Shown here: piece by piece, positions 30,895 through 36,997 of the stretch | How positions within the stretch are numbered: position 1 is the first letter of the stretch | Layout of the letters: every line of letters starts with the position of its first letter | From: Sphaeroforma arctica JP610 | Taxonomy: Eukaryota | DNA: 36,997 nucleotides | NCBI RefSeq assembly: GCF_001186125.1 | Contig: NW_014039997.1 | Coordinates: forward strand, 1 to 36,997 | Direction of reading: 5' to 3' | Notes under the pieces: generated by a model | What the model saw: only the letters and a program-made list of their open reading frames with translations | Database searches by the model: none | Told to the model about the DNA's origin: nothing | Made by a program: the position numbers and the translations under genes

Positions 30895-31390
30895 GCCATG
30901 GGGTTCACCAAAGCGCTTCTGACCCCTGCATGTTGATTATCAATGAGTCCAACTTCTGCTGCATAATATTGCTTTGCGTCGACGATATGATCATTTGCGG
31001 TAAACGGGCGTGCCCACGTACAACAATTCAAAGCAATCATATCCAAGGAATTCAGCTGCAAGAATTCAGGACTACCGAAATGGCTACTTGGCGTGAGGGT
31101 GCTATCAAAAAATGACTCCATCAGCCTCAGATAACTACATACCTGAGGCACTCACCCCCTTTGACTTTACCGATGCGCACACAGCGCCAACATCGGCCAA
31201 ACAAGATATTCTAGATGCCAACGAAGGTAGCCATTACCAATGCCCATACCGCCAACTGATCAATACACTCCAATATCTCGCAATCCTAACGCGCACAGAC
31301 ATCTCCTACCCGCTCAACAACCTAGCTCGATATATGACCAATCCTTTTATGGGACATTAGATCGCCGCTATTCATATCTTGATGAGACAA
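30895..31390 (+). pseudogene. Ty1/Copia reverse transcriptase C-terminal part
   Basis: MGF..QSASDPCM, LCVDDMII (YVDD variant), LLGVRV, PYRQLINTLQYLAILTRTDISY..NNLARYMTNP. Confidence 0.9.
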
Positions 31391-31414
31391 CACTACCGTT
31401 TTTAGAGGGCTGTT

Positions 31415-31715
31415 TCGACAAAAATAACACTATCATCAGATCTAGGACACAACTACAATTCGAAACCAAGGTTGGTACACTTCAGGACAGCTGTCAAAGG
31501 CATCAAATATGCTCACCAAAATAAGTCATGTTTAAAAATTTACGTGTGAACACACATGTTTAGAAAGTGTATGTACATATAAAATCCTCCAGATAGGGAT
31601 AATATTAATTATTTCAAGAAAGATAAGTTACAATGTATGTACATATGGTATGGATCTCATAGCCGTTGTAGTGGTTCAGGAAAGATCGATGGGAAGAAGT
31701 GGTCAGTAAATTCCC
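31415..31715 (+). repeat. Repeat homologous to 16630-16825 plus 17561-17680
   Basis: Shared AACACTATCATCAGATCTAG, TGTCAAAGG..CTCACCAAAAT, TTACGTGTGAAC, AGATAAGTTACAATGTATGTACATAT and GAAGAAGTGGTCAGTAAATTCCC. Confidence 0.85.
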
Positions 31716-31995
31716 GATAGGGTAGAATAAAGTTACTATACTAACAAATACTATATGGTTCTATATCTCCTAACAGTCTTGTGGTCGTCTTAAAATAATA
31801 TACAGTATCGATGCGCATTGTAGTGTTGTCCAGGTGTTCATTAGTCATACTCAACTAGGATGTGGTATTGCATGCGTATGTAGGACGCATAACGCCCTTG
31901 ATCGTAGAGAGTTTTACAAATTCATCTTGTCTTAGTTTTTCTTCACTGGGTCGGGTTGAGGAAGTACCAGAAGTTCAGTTGCTTCGGTGTCTTCC

Positions 31996-32750
31996 TGTAA
32001 TAGCCGGGCCTCCACATTAGACTCTATGTTATAAACGTACTCGTAAGCAGTACGTATACTAAAAACGTACTCTTAATAGTACAAGGAACCTAAGTTTCCT
32101 AAATGGGGGTTTAATGGTTTAATTAATTAATACCTTTTCCATTTTACATATCAGATATTTGGACAAAGCCATTAAAAGGTCCCAGTAAAATACCAAACAT
32201 AAGAGTTGGTCTAGTTCTATTAATATAACTATATTTACTTTCCAACTTTATTTATATTTGAATATTTCGGTAGCGAGATGGCTCAAGCGAATATAGGTTT
32301 CTAGGAACTATTAACGTTACCTAGTTAATCCTCCGATCAGCCAACCAGATGTGCCAGTCTGATGAAGGCCAAGTCGGTAATTAAGTGGCAAGTTATTGGT
32401 TAAGACAATAACTAAGGACATCAAGAGTGTATCTTTTCTTCTTTTTCTACAGATAGGATTTTATGAGTCTCTCAGATTCGCCCCAACGAAACATACCATA
32501 GTTTCTAATAGAGCGACCACGAAACACTAAATAAAATCCCTTCGGCGGAAACAGTACTGAGAGGATTATATATAGGCAATGTCTCAGCCTCACAATCCCT
32601 CAAAGTATTGCTGTTTTCACGAGGCATACCTAACTTTACAAAAAGTCTCATTTCGTTTATTTACTTTGAAATTTTCACGAAACTTAGAATTTACCTACGC
32701 GTTTATTTATTCTAAGGCGTTAATATCGCCTTGAGAGACCGAATCTTACA
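31996..32750 (+). repeat. 5' LTR of Gypsy family B (755 bp)
   Basis: TGTAA..TTACA termini; homologous to the split solo LTR; followed by gag-like ORFs. Confidence 0.88.
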
Positions 32751-32877
32751 CATTTAAAAGTTAGCAAAGGTATTAATTACTTAGACTACTTAAGTGTAAA
32801 GGTAGATTACCTACCACACAAATTTTCTTGTCCAAGCTAGTCCTTGAGAGACAAGCTAGTAGTCATAAGTTAAGATT

Positions 32878-34193
32878 ATGACCAAGAAAGACAAAACTCC
32901 TTCTAAGAAGCGTAGAGTTGAAAAGAAGAAGATGGAGAGAGAAGCCGCTAGCGCTGCCGTAGAAGCAGCCGCCGCCGCTGCCGATGCGTTTAACCGCACA
33001 GTAGCCGAAGCACTTGCCTCCGACAATAATAGTCAACAAGACAATGCTTCAGATAAGGATGTAGCCACTCCGATTAAGGAGACTACTCCCACTGACAGAG
33101 CCCGAGGGCCAACTATTGCCTCAACTTCAAAGCTTGCATTTACGAAGCCAAGAAGTGAGACAAGGGACACGTCTCACGACGACCCAACCAATTCTTCTGA
33201 CGAATCTCAGAAAGAAAAGTTCCCAATTATAAGGGAGTCCCCAATTATAGGGGACAAGGACAATTCTCAGAAGGAACCTATGACTGAACCAGATGAGGAG
33301 GCAAGCTCAAGTAGCAAACCCGAATCTACGTCCGAGACTACTAAGCCAGCGCGCATAAGTAAGTTAATTACTGAAAACACTGATCTTAAGAATCAGTTAG
33401 CCATCCTTATGAAAGACTTGACTGTTGGACATGTAGATCGATTGTATAGATCAGAAAAACCTACACAGCACTTACGCGAGCATGTTTCTCCGGGATTACT
33501 GAAGCCCTACAGAAGTGGACAAAACGTCGACAGGCAATTACGCCCGAAGAGCGTAAAGACTCGAGCGCTACACCTGTGGCATATGAGCCAAATGTGCTCA
33601 ACGTATCGATACCTTACGAGGTACTACCACCAGAACTTCAGGATAATTACTCGCCTGTTCTGACACCCGGCCGTGAGTCACCCGTCCTTGAGGGTATTAT
33701 AGACCCAGAGGCAGGTAGAAATACTCCGCCACCTTTACCCAATTGGAATGACAATCGTCGAAAACCAGTTAAGACTGGGTATGTCATCCAGACGCACGAA
33801 TCAACTATCCGAGGGACAGAGCACCGAACGGCCTCGACCATGGATTTTACAAGGGGTAATAAACACTCCCGTAAACGTGTTAACGAAGTCGAATTTAATC
33901 GCTTCGATCGCACAGCATTGCACCAGCCCGCAGAGGATTTCCACTCTGACGAGGTGACCGAACTTAACAAATCGGTCGACGATTACACCATTAAAATGGA
34001 AATCGCCCACGATGCGCATCATGCTGATGATGTATCATATTTTGCTATTATGATTACGATCAAGCAAAAGCGCATCGATCAGCTACTTCAGGCCCAACGT
34101 GGACAAGACCACAGGGATAACCAGAAGTACAAGGGACATATCAGTCGATTAAGTCGAACAAGGATGCCAACAGCAAGCAGGTTGAGTTTATAA
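32878..34193 (+). pseudogene. Gag-like ORF(s) of family B, frameshifted
   Basis: 261-aa and 205-aa overlapping ORFs 127 bp after the LTR; low complexity, Lys-rich N-terminus; assigned by position only. Confidence 0.5.
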
Positions 34194-34302
34194 ACAACCA
34201 TGACCTCGACACGCTAACCCGTACGCTTAATGCGTTTACGGTCATGCTGGAGACGAATGATATCGCTCCCCAGCAATGGATCGCCGCTTAATGCAGACGT
34301 TA

Positions 34303-34667
34303 NNNNNNNNNNNNNNNNNNNNNNNNNNNNNNNNNNNNNNNNNNNNNNNNNNNNNNNNNNNNNNNNNNNNNNNNNNNNNNNNNNNNNNNNNNNNNNNNNN
34401 NNNNNNNNNNNNNNNNNNNNNNNNNNNNNNNNNNNNNNNNNNNNNNNNNNNNNNNNNNNNNNNNNNNNNNNNNNNNNNNNNNNNNNNNNNNNNNNNNNNN
34501 NNNNNNNNNNNNNNNNNNNNNNNNNNNNNNNNNNNNNNNNNNNNNNNNNNNNNNNNNNNNNNNNNNNNNNNNNNNNNNNNNNNNNNNNNNNNNNNNNNNN
34601 NNNNNNNNNNNNNNNNNNNNNNNNNNNNNNNNNNNNNNNNNNNNNNNNNNNNNNNNNNNNNNNNNNN
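34303..34667. other. Assembly gap
   Basis: N run. Confidence 0.99.
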
Positions 34668-36216
34668 AAACACGCCCATTCAGAGTTATATTCTGAAGCT
34701 AGATGCTGACCTGAAACGTCCAGATAACAAAGGACAAGGCACAGCGATGATGCGAGTTCCTGGTTATGCACGTGTTCTGTAAGAACATGGGAATAACGAC
34801 CGTGAGAGCCTGTACACCGAGTTGCGACGTAAACACGCTACTGAGGCTCGAGACAAGGGACATGAAACAAAGTTTCATCTATCCCGACCTACGTGGGAAC
34901 AGTTTTATGATACTGTATCCACCCTTTTTCCCGCACACCGAGTAACATCGAAGGGAAAAGCGGCAGTTAAGAAGCCGCGAGAGCACACCGATCACGGGTA
35001 CGTATCCAGGCAGACATCAAACGAGAGACCCCAACATACACGTGCTCGTGACTCCACTCTATCCACGTGACCCAATAAACGGGCACGCGCGGTGGCGAAG
35101 GACAAGGAACCTCCATTTAAGGAGATTAAGAAATGTGCCGACGCACAGTGTGGGTATGACATGTACCAATTGACCCCTAACGGTTATTGGAATGGCAGGC
35201 ATGCATCCACCTGTACACACTTTCTTATTAAGTACGACAAGTGTGAGAAGACCAATGGCTATCACACTAAGTCTTGTGACAAAAAGCCCGACATTAAGTT
35301 GGAGTGAAAGTACAACCAGGTACAATCGTTACACAGACAATACAACGACTCTTTAGATGAGCGTGTAATAATCCCTGTATAGTGCAATGGAAGTAAAATC
35401 CTTGCGTTGATTGATCCTGGTTCTGAAATTTCATGTATATCCGATCGTTTTGCATTAATGAAAGATATCGAAAGGAGAACACAAACAACTCACCTCACTT
35501 TAGCAGATTATAAAACTTCTACGAGTGATACCATGGCCACAGATGTTAAAAAATATTCCTGGCCGATGATAGGAATATCACTACCCAAGCTGTGATAGTC
35601 AAGATGTCACAGAAGTACGACATTATAGACCTGCCCACGTCCGAGCACACAAGCGACCGTTACGTATGTTACTTCTTTGATGTGGCGTCACGGTTTAACT
35701 TGCTCTATCCATTAAAGGATAAGAGTACGCAGACCGTGGCAATTATGTTGCCAAGTCTTTGCACGGGTGGCCAGGTATTATGTGCACTGTTAACGGTAGT
35801 GAGTTCTGCGATGACGTAATGGAATCGCTAGTACTCGTATCAGGCATATGCCATAAGAAAGGTGTGCCATATAAACCGCAAACGCAAGGCGCGAATGAAA
35901 CGTGCCCTAGAAGATTTGAGTTCTTCTTGCGTACTGCATTAACGGATGATGCAGATGATTGGCCGTACCACCTTAAGTGGGTACAAACACAGATGAACGA
36001 GTGTGCTGATCCGGTTACAGAAACTACACCCGCTCACTATTTTTGTGGCAGATATAGTGAGTTATAAATACCCTTTAACAAGGATGAACCTGATCACCAT
36101 GAGTTACCATGGTTAGTGAAGGTACAACGTATTTATAACGTTGTATATCCTTGCTTGCGAGAAATACGCAATATAGCCTTATTAAAAAGGCAAAAGCATT
36201 GGAACAGCACACTCGT

Positions 36217-36997
36217 TCATATGTGTTTGTCTTTCTTATGGCATATGCCTGATACGAGTACTAGCGATTCCATTACATTATCGCAGAACTCACTAACGTT
36301 ATCACTGCACATAATACCTGGCCACCCGTGGTCAGCAAAGACTTGGCAACATAATTCTGCCACGGTCTGCATACTGTTATCCTTTGCTGGATAGAGCAAG
36401 TTAAACCGTGACGCCACATCAAAGAAGTGGCATACGTAACGGTCGCTTGTGTGCTCGGACGTGGGCAGGTCAACCAGATCAATAATGACCCTGCGCCATG
36501 GAATATTTTCGGTCACACTCCCAAGCGGTGCAAACCTATAGCGCTTGATCTGATTGAGATCACAGTCTGTAGGCAAAAACATATTTATTGCACTCATATC
36601 TAAACATACCCTGACTTTCTTAAACGATCCGTCAGAGTTATGTTGGTCTACGGCTAGCAGTGCCAAGTTAACTGGCGTCTGTTGATAGTTAATTTCTATC
36701 ACTCCATCTGCTAGCCATTTCTCAACTTGTTCTATTACCACAGCCTCGTGTCTCCAGGATACATAGTTCCTTGAGGGACACTTTAACTCTGTAAAGTCCA
36801 CCTTGGTTAAGTCAAGGCTGACATACCCGTGGTTAAAATTGTATTTTGCCCAATCTGTGATCTTTATCTTCTTATTAACTAAAGTCGAATCTATGATTTT
36901 GTTCGCAAAGCCAGGTATTAATGCCTTGACTGTGTCTGACGGGGGCTTATTGTCTGACTGTTCCTTTAATCGATCTATGTTATTTGGTAGACCAGTT
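36217..36997 (-). mobile_element. Second, convergent Gypsy copy: RT N-terminus fused to integrase core; truncated by the window end
   Basis: EQVEKWLADGVIE..KKVRVCLDMSAIN joined to APLGSV..PWRRVIIDLVDLPTS..CSDNVSEF; 36231-36471 is an inverted repeat of 35628-35861. Confidence 0.85.

Larger units (their letters stand above)
31996..36215 (+). mobile_element. Internally deleted Gypsy-like element (family B): LTR, gag-like, PR, IN; no RT/RH seen
   Basis: ORFs 32878-33663 and 33576-34193; Cys/His motifs at 35135-35280; ILALIDPGSEISCIS protease; integrase DLPTS..FDVASRF and PYKPQTQGANE. Confidence 0.75.

Noticed and set aside
34214..34782. ORFs spanning the right-hand gap
   Set aside because: Mostly X residues from the N run

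Overview
Eukaryotic, intron-rich, draft-assembled DNA with three N-gaps and microsatellites. The left ~9.5 kb holds a + strand flotillin/reggie (SPFH) gene. I traced ten exons with GT-AG boundaries (1627-9446); one short exon is missing and probably lies in the 1806-2381 gap. Positions 9.5-16.6 kb are mostly unexplained intergenic sequence with faint transposon relics. From 16.6 kb to the end is a nested retrotransposon cluster. Ty1/Copia RT fragments flank a decayed APE-RT LINE (- strand). A solo LTR (TGTAA..TTACA, TSD GATG) inserted into the LINE. A full-length 7.75-kb Ty3/Gypsy element (18612-26361, - strand, ~722-bp LTRs, TSD CTCT) inserted into that solo LTR. The highlight is this Gypsy: its Pol carries a DIRS/phage-Dam-like N6-adenine DNA methyltransferase domain (NPPW) between RNase H and a DDE integrase. 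It also lacks a tRNA PBS and instead has a Tf1-like self-priming complement inside its LTR. At the right end, a second Gypsy family (same LTR as the solo LTR, inverted) is present as two internally deleted, convergent copies. All calls are by eye from motifs; no database searches were run.
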